Shown piece after piece: positions 42,375 through 52,926 of a DNA stretch of 64,000 nucleotides (positions within the stretch are counted from its first letter, which is position 1; each line of letters opens with the position of its first letter). The DNA is taken from positions 448,001 to 512,000 of the forward strand of contig JBFPLN010000003.1 in assembly GCA_051971635.1 (NCBI GenBank), read 5' to 3'. Source of the stretch: Candidatus Atelocyanobacterium thalassae (GTDB lineage: Bacteria > Cyanobacteriota > Cyanobacteriia > Cyanobacteriales > Microcystaceae). The notes below the pieces were generated by a model. The model was not told the origin of the DNA. It worked only from the letters and a program-made list of their open reading frames with translations, and did no database searches. A program made the position numbers and the translations under genes.

Positions 42375-44285
42375 ATGCCTAAAATAAAGAAAATTATCCT
42401 GGAAGTTTTAAATTCAGATTTAGTTAGCAATATGTGGAAAAAAAAAACTCGATTCCATTGGCAAAACTTAATTAGAAAAAAGAATTATGGCTTTCAAATT
42501 TTTAAGGAAAAGAAAAATAATCTAACTATCGGACAAAAAAATCAACCACTATTAATAATGTTGTTCGTGAGTTTAGTTTTATTAGGTGCCATAGGCAGTC
42601 GTTTATTTTTTTTACAACTAGTAGAAGGAAAAAATTATAGAAATAAAGCCGAGAAAAATCGCGTTCGTATAATGCCGAAGCCACCTATTCGAGGTAATAT
42701 ATTTGACAGGAAAGGACGCACTCTGGTTTCAACTCGTTTCACTCATTCTGTTTACTTGTGGCCTGTTGTTGTTAGTAAATCGAATTGGCCTGAAAGTAGA
42801 AAATATTTAGCTCAATTACTTTCTATTTCTGAAGAAAATATTGAAGCTAAGATTAATGAAAGTATAAATAAAAAAACAGGATATTCTTCTTCGACTTTAA
42901 TTAGAATTGCTAGTCGTTTAGATCCTTCCCAAATAACTGCATTAGAAGAATTTAAATCTGAACTTAATGGATTAGAAATGGATATTGAAAGTATTCGTAA
43001 TTATCCTAATAAAGAAATAGCTGCTCACATATTAGGATACACCGGAGAACTGGATAGCGAAGAATTACGACAAAGGCATACTGAAGGTTATCGTCTAGGT
43101 GATTCTGTTGGAAGAATGGGAATTGAAGCTGCTTATGAAAAAAAATTACGAGGTGAGTGGGGTGGTATTGAGTTAGAAGTCAACGGAGCAGGCAAAATAA
43201 CGAAAGTATTAGGACGTAGAGCTGCAAAACTCGGTAAAGATATTACTCTTACTCTTGATCTTGATATACAAAAGGCTGCTGAGGTTGCTTTAAAAAAACG
43301 TGCAGGAGCTGTTATTGTTATTGAACCGTATACAGGGCAAATCCTGGCGATGGCTAGCAGTCCTACATTTGATCCTAACTTTTTTTCAACTCCAATCGCT
43401 CCTAAAGTTTGGAAACAATTACAAAAGAAAGATGCATCTTTTGTTAATCGGGCTTTACAAGGCTTTCCTCCTGCTTCCACTTTCAAAATCGTTACAGCTA
43501 CTGCCGCTATGGAGTCAGGTAAATATCCTCCAGATACTATATTACCAACTTTTCCCTATTTAAGTATAGGAGGAACAAATTTTAGAGAGTGGAATGGATT
43601 AGGATTTGGGAAAATAGGTTATATAAAAGCTTTAGCATTAAGTAGTAATACTTTTCATGGACAAATTGGTCTCAAAATAGGAGAAAAAACTCTGAATAAA
43701 TATGCACATCTTTATGGTTTTGGCTCAAAAACAGGAATCGAGTTAGAAGAAGAAGACCCTGGATTAATTGCAGATAATAAGTGGAAGAAAAAAAAATATC
43801 AGAACAATTGGACTGATGGAGATACAGTTAATATGTCTATAGGTCAAGGATTTACTCAAGCTACTCCTTTACAAATAGCTATAATGTTTTCTATCATAGC
43901 TAATGGTGGATATAGGATAAAGCCTCATTTATTAAAAAAAGTTTATGAACAAGAATCTCTAAAAAACTATATAGGTCTCAAGTCTAGCACTATTAAAACT
44001 CTGAGAGAAGGTTTAAGAGCAGTGGTCTTGTCAGGAACTGGGAAGATTTTAAATACTCCAAAATTACCGCCCGTAGCTGGAAAGAGCGGTACAGCCGAAG
44101 CCCCTCCTAGAAGTTCCCATGCTTGGTTTGGCGGTTTTGCTCCTTATAATAGTCCGGAAATCGTTGTTGTAGCTTTTGTTGAACATTCTGGAGGAGGAGG
44201 AGGCTCTATTGCTGCACCCATAGTACGTCAAGTTATGGAAGTATATTTTAGACATAATCGTTTTTCAAGTTCCATTCAAGAATAG
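42375..44285 (+). CDS. mrdA: Penicillin-binding protein 2 (class B)
   Basis: TM anchor, RGxIFDR, PASTFK (SxxK), SSN (SxN) and KSGTAE motifs; start codon uncertain. Confidence 0.93.
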   Translation: MPKIKKIILEVLNSDLVSNMWKKKTRFHWQNLIRKKNYGFQIFKEKKNNLTIGQKNQPLLIMLFVSLVLLGAIGSRLFFLQLVEGKNYRNKAEKNRVRIMPKPPIRGNIFDRKGRTLVSTRFTHSVYLWPVVVSKSNWPESRKYLAQLLSISEENIEAKINESINKKTGYSSSTLIRIASRLDPSQITALEEFKSELNGLEMDIESIRNYPNKEIAAHILGYTGELDSEELRQRHTEGYRLGDSVGRMGIEAAYEKKLRGEWGGIELEVNGAGKITKVLGRRAAKLGKDITLTLDLDIQKAAEVALKKRAGAVIVIEPYTGQILAMASSPTFDPNFFSTPIAPKVWKQLQKKDASFVNRALQGFPPASTFKIVTATAAMESGKYPPDTILPTFPYLSIGGTNFREWNGLGFGKIGYIKALALSSNTFHGQIGLKIGEKTLNKYAHLYGFGSKTGIELEEEDPGLIADNKWKKKKYQNNWTDGDTVNMSIGQGFTQATPLQIAIMFSIIANGGYRIKPHLLKKVYEQESLKNYIGLKSSTIKTLREGLRAVVLSGTGKILNTPKLPPVAGKSGTAEAPPRSSHAWFGGFAPYNSPEIVVVAFVEHSGGGGGSIAAPIVRQVMEVYFRHNRFSSSIQE

Positions 44286-44299
44286 AAAGAATTGAGGTG

Positions 44300-45430
44300 C
44301 TAATTCAAGCTAAAAATACTTAAGACATACTCTCCTTGGTTAACCGAAAAATTAGTAGATAGATCAAAAATAAAGCCGTCTTTTTCTGCATAGATATCTA
44401 TAACTTCAGGTAATTTACCCTGCTTATTAAAACTAATAATTTGGTAAAGTCTCTCTCCTGCTTTTACTTGTGTTTTGAGAATTAATCTATTTTGAATCAT
44501 TCCTCCTGTTGGAGCATAGTAATTTTTTATTGTTTCACGAGGAACCAAATGTATTTTTGTCTTACTTAAAGAATAATCACTTAATTTCAGTATATTTTTT
44601 TTTACCAAATAATTTTTAATCCCAGAAACCCCAATAAGCACAGAATCTGGCTGCATTGTCATCCCTGAGCCTAACTCTAATGTCCATGATTCTCGATCAA
44701 TAACTATTTTCTTTCCTAGCTTTTTGAATTCTTTTTGTAATCCTAACCAAGGCTTTAAAAAAGCTTCGTCGAAGCTACTTCCATGGAAAGTATCCATTAA
44801 AATTCCATAATTAAGTTCAAAATATATTGCATTTTCTTTTTGTTCTCCTGGAAAACAGAAAAGATAATCTATACATTTGTTGCTTGAACTATGAATGTCA
44901 ATTAAGTAATTAGCATCCATAGCAAGAGATTGTAATTTATAGCGATATTGTTCAAACAAAGGAGCGCTACTAGGATTTTGAATTTTTTCAGCATGTTTGG
45001 AAAATGCAGCTTTTTGTTGTTTTAAAAAGTTTTCTTGTATTGTTGAACAATCACAATTAAAGTTATTTTTAACAAAATCTTTTAGGCCAAGAAAAACCTT
45101 TTCATAGTCCCAAAAGATTCTATTCCAATCTCTACCATCATAACTATTGAAACGTCCTGAAGAAAAAAAGTGATTTCTTTGATTTGTTCCTAATGGATTA
45201 CATATCGGAACTAACCATATTTCTCCATTGATTTGATTTTTATCTAGAGTTGATAAAAAATTTAACAATTGATGAATAACTGCATTACCTACAATTTCCG
45301 AACCGTGTAAATTGGATTGAATATAAACTTTTTTTCCGCTTTTTTGACCAATAAACTTATATATCTGGATGGATATTTCATCTCCAGAAGCAAGCTTAAA
45401 TAAATTTAATATCTCAATATTTGGTTTCAT
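44300..45430 (-). CDS. Succinylglutamate desuccinylase/aspartoacylase (M14) family protein
   Basis: HGSE, NPLG, DWNRIF, IDIHS and TLELG motifs; C-terminal barrel-sandwich domain. Confidence 0.85.
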   Translation of the reverse strand: MKPNIEILNLFKLASGDEISIQIYKFIGQKSGKKVYIQSNLHGSEIVGNAVIHQLLNFLSTLDKNQINGEIWLVPICNPLGTNQRNHFFSSGRFNSYDGRDWNRIFWDYEKVFLGLKDFVKNNFNCDCSTIQENFLKQQKAAFSKHAEKIQNPSSAPLFEQYRYKLQSLAMDANYLIDIHSSSNKCIDYLFCFPGEQKENAIYFELNYGILMDTFHGSSFDEAFLKPWLGLQKEFKKLGKKIVIDRESWTLELGSGMTMQPDSVLIGVSGIKNYLVKKNILKLSDYSLSKTKIHLVPRETIKNYYAPTGGMIQNRLILKTQVKAGERLYQIISFNKQGKLPEVIDIYAEKDGFIFDLSTNFSVNQGEYVLSIFSLN

Positions 45431-45528
45431 TGAATTTTTCTATAAAAAACTAATTAGGTAAATGCAAATGATTTTTAGTTCTCTATTTTGTGAGGATAAC
45501 TAATTTAGACTGACAACATCACATATTT

Positions 45529-48489
45529 TTAGTCTTGTTTATATATTTCTATTCCATCACATGAACAGACAAGATTTCTATCTCCAAAAGCGTTATCAAT
45601 ACGTCCTACTGATGGCCAAAATTTATTTTCTTTTGTCCAAGGAGCAGGATAGGCGGCTTTTTCTCTTGAATAAGGTCGATCCCATTCATCACAGGCTATT
45701 TCTATAGCAGTATGAGGACATTTTTTTAAAGGATTATTCGTACGATCAATTTTACCGTCTACAATCATCTTTACTTCTTCATAAATTGCTATCATAGCAT
45801 TACAGAAACGATCTAATTCTGATAGATTTTCACTTTCAGTTGGTTCTATCATCATTGTTCCTATTACAGGCCAGGAAATTGTAGGTGCATGAAAACCATA
45901 GTCCATTAATCTTTTAGCAATATCTTCTACTTCTATCGAGGCTTGTTTTTTGAGAGGACGTAAATCAATAATACATTCATGAGCTACATACCCAGAATCA
46001 CCTTTAAATAAAATAGGATAGTAATTAGCTAAACGATAAGCAATATAGTTAGCATTGAGAATAGCTACTTTTGTAGCTTGAGTTAAGCCTTGGCTTCCCA
46101 TCATAGCAATATACATCCAAGAGATAACTAAAATATTAGCACTTCCCCATGGAGCGGCAGATATTGCACCTATAGAATCAAGATTGACTTCTGTAGTATT
46201 ACAGGGATTTATATATTTTTCAATATTTGTGCTAGGAAGAAAACGAACAAGATGAGACTTAACTCCAATAGGTCCTACTCCTGGACCGCCTCCTCCATGA
46301 GGAATACAAAAAGTTTTATGTAAATTTAAATGACAAACATCAGCTCCGATATCAGCAGGACGTATTAATCCAACTTGGGCATTCATGTTAGCCCCATCCA
46401 TATATACTTGTCCACCATAACAGTGAATAATATCGCAAATATCTATAATTTGTTCTTCAAATACTCCATGAGTAGAAGGATAAGTAATCATTAACGCGGC
46501 TAAATTATGTTCATACATTTTAGCTTTTTGTTCTAAATCTAAAATGTCTATATTTCCACTTTTATCACACCTTACGACTATAACTTTCATGCCACACATT
46601 ACTGCACTAGCAGGGTTAGTCCCATGAGCAGATTCAGGAATGAGGCATATATTTCTTTGAGTTTCTTTACGCGTCTTATGATAACGAAGGATTACTTGGA
46701 GTCCCGCATATTCGCCTTGAGAACCTGCGTTAGGCTGTAATGATACTCCAGAAAAACCTGTTATTTCTCCTAGCCATTGTTCTAATTGTTGAAATAAAAT
46801 GCTGTATCCTACAGCTTGATTTGGAGGAACAAAAGGGTGAATTTTGCTAAACTCAGGCCAAGTTACAGGCATCATTTCTGCAGTAGCATTTAATTTCATC
46901 GTACATGATCCTAAAGGAATCATAGAAGTATTTAAGGCTAAATCCTTCTTCTCTAGTTGATGCAAGTATCTAATAAGTTTATTTTCAGAGTGATAGCTAT
47001 TAAAAATTAAATCTATAAGATATGGTGTAGTACGTTGAAAATTGCAAGGAAAATCAAAATCTGCTTTATTTACTATTTCTTCAACAGAAAACGGTAAATC
47101 ATCTCTGTCTGCAAAAATTTGCCAGATGTCAACTATATCATCAATAGTCGTGGTTTCATTGATACTAATACTAACTATGCCTTTTTGTAATAACCGTAAA
47201 TTTATCTTTTTTTCTAATGCATTGCGAGTTATCTTATTTACTTTATCTTTATCTAAACATAGACTAACTGTGTCAAAAAATAGGTCATTAACTACAGAAT
47301 AGTTTAATTTTTCTAGCCCGTCTCTTAGTACGACAGCTAGTTTATGTATTTTTAAAGAAATATTTCTTATTCCTTCAGGACCATGGTAAACAGCATACAT
47401 CCCTGAAACTATTGCTAATAAAACCTGTGCAGTACAAATATTACTTGTTGCTTTTTCACGTTTGATATGCTGCTCTCTAGTTTGTAATGCTAGTCTAAGA
47501 GCAGGATTTCCTCTTATATCTTTGGAAACACCAACTATACGTCCCGGAATTTGCCTTTTGTATATTTCTTTTGTTGCAAAGTATGCAGCATGTGGTCCAC
47601 CATATCCTAATGGTATACCAAAACGTTGTGTAGTACCTATAGCAATATCGGCTCCAAATTCTCCAGGAGGAGTTATTAGTGCTAAACTTAGAAGATCAGC
47701 GGCAACAGTAACTAAAGCATTCTTTGCATGAATATCTTCAATAAAACAACGATAATCGTATATAGAACCATCTGTTGCAGGATATTGTAGAAGTGCACCA
47801 AATATATTATCTTTACATTTAAAAAATCTATGGTCGTCTACAATAATTTTAATACCTAAAGGATTAGCACGAGTTTGAAGAACCTGTATAGTTTGTGGGT
47901 GACATAAAGAAGATACAAAAAAGGTATTAGCGTTTTTATTTTTACATAAAATATAACTCATACTCATTGCTTCAGCTGCAGCTGTTCCTTCATCCAAAAG
48001 AGAAGCATTGGCGATTTCAAGTCCAGTTAATTCAATTATCATTGTTTGGTAATTGATAAGAGCTTCTAATCTACCTTGTGATATTTCTGCTTGATAAGGG
48101 GTGTAGGCTGTATACCAACTAGGGTTTTCTAAAATATTACGCTGAATTACTGAAGGCGTAATGCAATCATGATATCCCATTCCAATATAAGAGCGAAATA
48201 CTTTATTCTTTGAAGCAAAAGAATTCAGTTGAGCTAATGCTTCATATTCACTTTTGGGTTCTGGTAAGTTGAGATCTTTGTGATATCTTATGTGACGAGG
48301 TACTATCGTATCGATTAGTTGATCTATATCAGAAAACCCTAGTACATTTACTATCGTATCTATTTCTTGACTATTTGAGCCTATATGGCGGCTAATAAAA
48401 TTATCATCTGATGGGAAAATATGATTAAGTTCTAATTTTTTTTTACTGTTATTCTGGATATAGTTAGTAGCTAAGTTTTTATCAAGCAT
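45529..48489 (-). CDS. gcvP: Glycine dehydrogenase (decarboxylating), glycine cleavage P protein
   Basis: [26 protein letters not shown] and [18 protein letters not shown] (PLP lysine) motifs. Confidence 0.98.
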   Translation of the reverse strand: MLDKNLATNYIQNNSKKKLELNHIFPSDDNFISRHIGSNSQEIDTIVNVLGFSDIDQLIDTIVPRHIRYHKDLNLPEPKSEYEALAQLNSFASKNKVFRSYIGMGYHDCITPSVIQRNILENPSWYTAYTPYQAEISQGRLEALINYQTMIIELTGLEIANASLLDEGTAAAEAMSMSYILCKNKNANTFFVSSLCHPQTIQVLQTRANPLGIKIIVDDHRFFKCKDNIFGALLQYPATDGSIYDYRCFIEDIHAKNALVTVAADLLSLALITPPGEFGADIAIGTTQRFGIPLGYGGPHAAYFATKEIYKRQIPGRIVGVSKDIRGNPALRLALQTREQHIKREKATSNICTAQVLLAIVSGMYAVYHGPEGIRNISLKIHKLAVVLRDGLEKLNYSVVNDLFFDTVSLCLDKDKVNKITRNALEKKINLRLLQKGIVSISINETTTIDDIVDIWQIFADRDDLPFSVEEIVNKADFDFPCNFQRTTPYLIDLIFNSYHSENKLIRYLHQLEKKDLALNTSMIPLGSCTMKLNATAEMMPVTWPEFSKIHPFVPPNQAVGYSILFQQLEQWLGEITGFSGVSLQPNAGSQGEYAGLQVILRYHKTRKETQRNICLIPESAHGTNPASAVMCGMKVIVVRCDKSGNIDILDLEQKAKMYEHNLAALMITYPSTHGVFEEQIIDICDIIHCYGGQVYMDGANMNAQVGLIRPADIGADVCHLNLHKTFCIPHGGGGPGVGPIGVKSHLVRFLPSTNIEKYINPCNTTEVNLDSIGAISAAPWGSANILVISWMYIAMMGSQGLTQATKVAILNANYIAYRLANYYPILFKGDSGYVAHECIIDLRPLKKQASIEVEDIAKRLMDYGFHAPTISWPVIGTMMIEPTESENLSELDRFCNAMIAIYEEVKMIVDGKIDRTNNPLKKCPHTAIEIACDEWDRPYSREKAAYPAPWTKENKFWPSVGRIDNAFGDRNLVCSCDGIEIYKQD

Positions 48490-48566
48490 ATTAATAAATA
48501 TACATTATTGTTTTATTTAGTCTTCAAGATCTATATTAAATAGATGAAATAAAAAATTGAATTACA

Positions 48567-50441
48567 TTATTTTTGCGTTTTGCGCTGATAATAGCCTCTT
48601 GGTGTAATTATCAAGTCTTTATAAAAAAAGGTACTATCATTACCAATTAATACAGTAGTTAACATATCTATGTAGTATCCTAACATTTCATTCAATGTTG
48701 TAAGTACTATAGTTTCGTTTTTACGATATGCACAACGAACTAAAGCGACAGGAGTATTGGGATCACGATATTGTAAGAAAATAGTCTGAGCTATAATGAT
48801 TTGATCAGTTCTTGTTTTTGATTTCGGATTATAAATAGCAGTAACGAAATCTCCTTGAGCTGCAGCTCTCAAACGTTTCTTTATTACATCCCATGGTGTT
48901 AACAAATCGCTTAAACTAATTGCACAAAAATCATGCATTAAAGGTGTGCCAACTCTTGCAGCCGCAGCTTGCAAAGCTGTAATTCCTGGGAAAATTTTAA
49001 TATCAACAATATTATCTTTTCTATAGGTATTTTTAAGCTGTTCTAAGACCAATCCTCCCATAGCATAAATACCACAATCACCTGATGATATAACGACAAC
49101 ATTTAGTCCCCACTGTGCTAATTCAATTGCCCTTTTAGCACGTTTTTCTTCTTCGGTAATAGGTGAATCTTCAATAATTTGTTCAGGATGAAATAAAGTT
49201 TGTATAAGGTCTAGATATAGAGAATAACCAACAATAGCATCGGCTTCAGTGATTGCTTTTTTTGCTGCAGGAGTTATTTGATCTAAATTTCCAGGTCCTA
49301 TACCTACTAGGCATAGTTTCCCTTGTTTTCCTATATACTCTGTACTGCTTTGAGCTATAGCAATAGTAACTGCCTGATTTTTGGATTTTACAATTTGTTT
49401 AGAGACTAATAAATTAGCATCATTATTGTCAAAAAAATGATTGGAACTATAAATAGCAGAAGATTCCGCTACACTAGCGGTCCCTAATTCTTTTTTTACA
49501 ATTGATGAAGGATTAGGCACAAGGACCTTATTTAGAGTATCTACAGAATAAGTAAAGAAAGGTAACTGTTTAGTTCGACAATATTGAATAATTCCAACTT
49601 CATCTCTTTTTAGTTCTACAGATGCTATACCAGCTATGGCTTCTGGTGCTAAACCATATTGATAACAAATTTTAGATATGGTATCAGAAATAAGTTCATA
49701 AGATGCCCCTCTTGTACACCCTATTCCTATCCATAGTACTCGGGGATACCATTGCACAACAGGGGAATTTACATTCTTATCTAAACGATATTTTTTAGGG
49801 CTAATAATAATATGTGGTGTTAGCTTTTGCTCTTTTTGAATATTAGATAAGGAGAAGTCAAAATTATAACTATCTGAAAAGTTTTTTCTCCAAAGATTTG
49901 ACCCTCCTTCCTGTCTTATTCGTACAGTTTGTTGACAAGCGATCGCATAACTTACATCTTTCCATTCTCCTGGACCTTTTCGCCATCCAAATGGGAACCC
50001 TAGTATGTCAATACCTGGTAAATTTAGTGTATCCGATACGCCAGTGATAATTGGTTTTGCATTTAAATAGCTTGCAATTAACCTAGTTAATTTGTCTGCT
50101 CCTCCTTGATGACCACCACATAAACTAATAACAAATTTACCTTTTGGATCTACAGCAATAATAGCTGGATCATGAGTTTTATTTTTTAACAATGGAGCAA
50201 TAAGACGAATTACAGCCCCAGCTGCTAGGCAAAATACTAAAGCACGATTGTTAAAAAAAATATCAGCTAAATGTTTTTTAAGAGGACTTTTATAATACAA
50301 AGTTTCTTTATCTATTAAAGATAACTTCTCTGGTACATAAAGTATTCCTCTTAAATCTTTGCAGAGAGGACGTAAAAGTTTATAAGACTGAGTAGTAGTC
50401 CCAACCATTGCAATAGGATAAACAATATGAGAAGAATCCAT
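48567..50441 (-). CDS. cobJ: CbiG-CbiH/CobJ fusion (cobalamin biosynthesis)
   Basis: N-terminal CbiG (DPAIIAVD, GGHQGGA, GIGC, SVAE); C-terminal methyltransferase (VGIGPG, SSGDCGIY, HDFCAISLSDLLTPW, TPRGY). Confidence 0.94.
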   Translation of the reverse strand: MDSSHIVYPIAMVGTTTQSYKLLRPLCKDLRGILYVPEKLSLIDKETLYYKSPLKKHLADIFFNNRALVFCLAAGAVIRLIAPLLKNKTHDPAIIAVDPKGKFVISLCGGHQGGADKLTRLIASYLNAKPIITGVSDTLNLPGIDILGFPFGWRKGPGEWKDVSYAIACQQTVRIRQEGGSNLWRKNFSDSYNFDFSLSNIQKEQKLTPHIIISPKKYRLDKNVNSPVVQWYPRVLWIGIGCTRGASYELISDTISKICYQYGLAPEAIAGIASVELKRDEVGIIQYCRTKQLPFFTYSVDTLNKVLVPNPSSIVKKELGTASVAESSAIYSSNHFFDNNDANLLVSKQIVKSKNQAVTIAIAQSSTEYIGKQGKLCLVGIGPGNLDQITPAAKKAITEADAIVGYSLYLDLIQTLFHPEQIIEDSPITEEEKRAKRAIELAQWGLNVVVISSGDCGIYAMGGLVLEQLKNTYRKDNIVDIKIFPGITALQAAAARVGTPLMHDFCAISLSDLLTPWDVIKKRLRAAAQGDFVTAIYNPKSKTRTDQIIIAQTIFLQYRDPNTPVALVRCAYRKNETIVLTTLNEMLGYYIDMLTTVLIGNDSTFFYKDLIITPRGYYQRKTQK

Positions 50442-50574
50442 GAGATATATTAATTTTTTATAATTTTTACTTATAATAACGACTTTTGTCTGAAGAAGTT
50501 AAGTCTGTTGGTAAAATTTTTCAGTCTAAAAATGTAATTTTTGGAGTCTTGATGCAAATAATGCAATAATACAC

Positions 50575-52368
50575 TTATTTTAAAAAATTATTCCAAATTA
50601 ATATTTTAGCTTGAGCAGAATTATATGCTGGGCTTTTTTTTGGGATCATTTTTGCCAGTTGAATTGCTTCCTTCAATAAGGAACGATCAGCTAAATCTTG
50701 AGCCATAGATAATAATTGAAAACTCCAACGTTTTAAGGACTGTTTTACCTGAGAATCTACATCTGTTGAAGGTGGAATATTTTGTATACTAAAAATAGCA
50801 GACACTAAAGACTCCGAAGTTTGCGATTGAGCGATTAAATAAGCTTTCTTTAAATCTTGTTTAGCTTTTATTTCTATTTGCCATTCTTTAATATAATTTT
50901 GCACCTTCTCATAAAGAGGTCTTTCTAAAGTAATTCTTTTAGCAACGATGATAGCTGATTCATAATTTTTAGTATTTCCTAAAACAATTGCTTGATTTAA
51001 GGTTAACTGATCTTCTTTTTGTTGGATATTAATATGCCATTTCTTAGCTTCTTCGTTTGCTTGAGGTGAAAGTGCACGGTCTTTACCAATTGACTGTATC
51101 CTGGTGATTGCTCTTTTTAAGTCCAAAATATTATCTTCTTTAGCTAAATTCTTAGCCTTATCTAAGATTGGCTTGTCTTCTGAAATTTGTACTAAATCAT
51201 TCCATTGATCAATTTCTTGCTTGGCTTCTTGATAATAAAAGTTATCAGGAGGTATTAGTTCTATTAATTTGATTGCTTTCTTTAAATCTTCAATGTTTTC
51301 TTGAGTAGCTAACTTTCTAGATTTTTGAATATAAGCTATGTAATTTATATCTAATTCCCAAATATCAGCTAAATCCTTTGATTTCTGATAAAGAAGACTA
51401 TTTGAATCGATTTCCTTAAGTGTCAGTATTGCAAGTTTTAAACTTTCTATTGTCCCTTTATTTGCATCTAATCCTGCGTTAGTAATAATATACCAGTCTT
51501 TAATCTCGTCAGTAAATATATTCTTATCTGAAACTTTATCGATTACCTTCAATAATCTTGACCAGTTGCTAGTATCGATCAACTCATTAATGTAGTTGCT
51601 TATTTTAGATTTAGCATCTTGTATCAAACTTTGAGCTTTGTAATGTGCGTAACTATCAACACTTATCTTCTGAGAATCATTTATTGTCGTCAACCAATTA
51701 TCAATTCCTCCACGATTTAATAGAATAAACGCATTGTCTAATTGACTACTTTCTTCTTTTGCTGATCTTATTTTTTTAATTGCATTACTATAACCAGTAG
51801 TTGCCCAATATTTATTAGGAAGTTCAAGAAGCGTTAATACTTCTTTAAAGGCTAAATTCCAGTTAAAGTCGCGTAACTCATTTTCAACCTTTGCCAAGAT
51901 TTTTTTACTTTCAATCCAAGAATTATTCCACTTTTTAATTCTTTGAACCACGATATTATGTGTCTGACTATTGGTAGGTATTCTTTCGGCTATTGTAATA
52001 GCTTGTTGTAATTGCCCTTGTTGAAATTTTTCTTCAGCAATATCTAAGATGGCTATCGTCCATTTTTTGACACTATACTCGATTTCACTATGAAGAGAAT
52101 GTTGTTTAGGAAAATCTTTAATTAAATTAATTGCTCTTAAAAAACCTTCTAAAGTATTCTCTTTTGCTTCTATTTGGGCACAATAGATTTTTACCGAGAT
52201 AGAAGCAACAGGTAAAAAAATACGAGTACATTTTAATTTAGTTGGAGATTTTAACAATATTAGCGTACTTGCAAAACCTATAATACCAGGAAAAATAATT
52301 AATGAGATTGCCCGAATTTGCCAGGAAATCTTACTGCTAATCTTAGTAATTCGATGAAGTACAGTCAT
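50575..52368 (-). CDS. Membrane-anchored helical-repeat protein conserved in cyanobacteria
   Basis: One N-terminal TM, then CxxIFxP...YCAQ and multiple AIxxAxxIP...YxxAxxxIxxW repeats. Confidence 0.75.
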   Translation of the reverse strand: MTVLHRITKISSKISWQIRAISLIIFPGIIGFASTLILLKSPTKLKCTRIFLPVASISVKIYCAQIEAKENTLEGFLRAINLIKDFPKQHSLHSEIEYSVKKWTIAILDIAEEKFQQGQLQQAITIAERIPTNSQTHNIVVQRIKKWNNSWIESKKILAKVENELRDFNWNLAFKEVLTLLELPNKYWATTGYSNAIKKIRSAKEESSQLDNAFILLNRGGIDNWLTTINDSQKISVDSYAHYKAQSLIQDAKSKISNYINELIDTSNWSRLLKVIDKVSDKNIFTDEIKDWYIITNAGLDANKGTIESLKLAILTLKEIDSNSLLYQKSKDLADIWELDINYIAYIQKSRKLATQENIEDLKKAIKLIELIPPDNFYYQEAKQEIDQWNDLVQISEDKPILDKAKNLAKEDNILDLKRAITRIQSIGKDRALSPQANEEAKKWHINIQQKEDQLTLNQAIVLGNTKNYESAIIVAKRITLERPLYEKVQNYIKEWQIEIKAKQDLKKAYLIAQSQTSESLVSAIFSIQNIPPSTDVDSQVKQSLKRWSFQLLSMAQDLADRSLLKEAIQLAKMIPKKSPAYNSAQAKILIWNNFLK

Positions 52369-52532
52369 ATAACTGTTAATTATTTCTTTTATTAGTCGAA
52401 TGTTCCAATGTTACCAGAAACCCTATAAAAATTTTAACTATTCTAAAATGTATTACCTAAAATTTTAGATTAATTATCATTATGTTGTCCTTTTTATTAG
52501 AAACAAATTATGACTAGATTAGTCAAAAGAAA

Positions 52533-52560
52533 ATATAACTTCCATTTATGGAAGTTATAT
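52533..52560. repeat. 13-bp perfect inverted repeat in a divergent intergenic region
   Basis: atataacttccat-tt-atggaagttatat. Confidence 0.7.
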
Positions 52561-52926
52561 CTTAGAAACTTAGATTAGAATTATTCCAAATCTTTTTTAA
52601 AATTATCCATAGATACGGGAGAAGATTGAAGTACCGTATAAATTATTTTCAAATTATAAAATATTTAAAAGTTATTAACTTTAATCTCTATATTACTTAT
52701 CAGAAATGATTTTTACCTCTACACTGAAGTCAGTACCTAAAATAAAGAGACTTAATTGTATTAATATCTAAATGTTAAGATATGAGAGCAAATTATTCTG
52801 TTACAAAGATAATATTTTAAATAACCTTGTATGCATCCTGAATATTTTTGTGATTGTATTTTTAAATAATTCTGGGTGCTACTTTACCAATATGCTCCTT
52901 AAAAGTTGTCTGCCATTAATAAGTTT

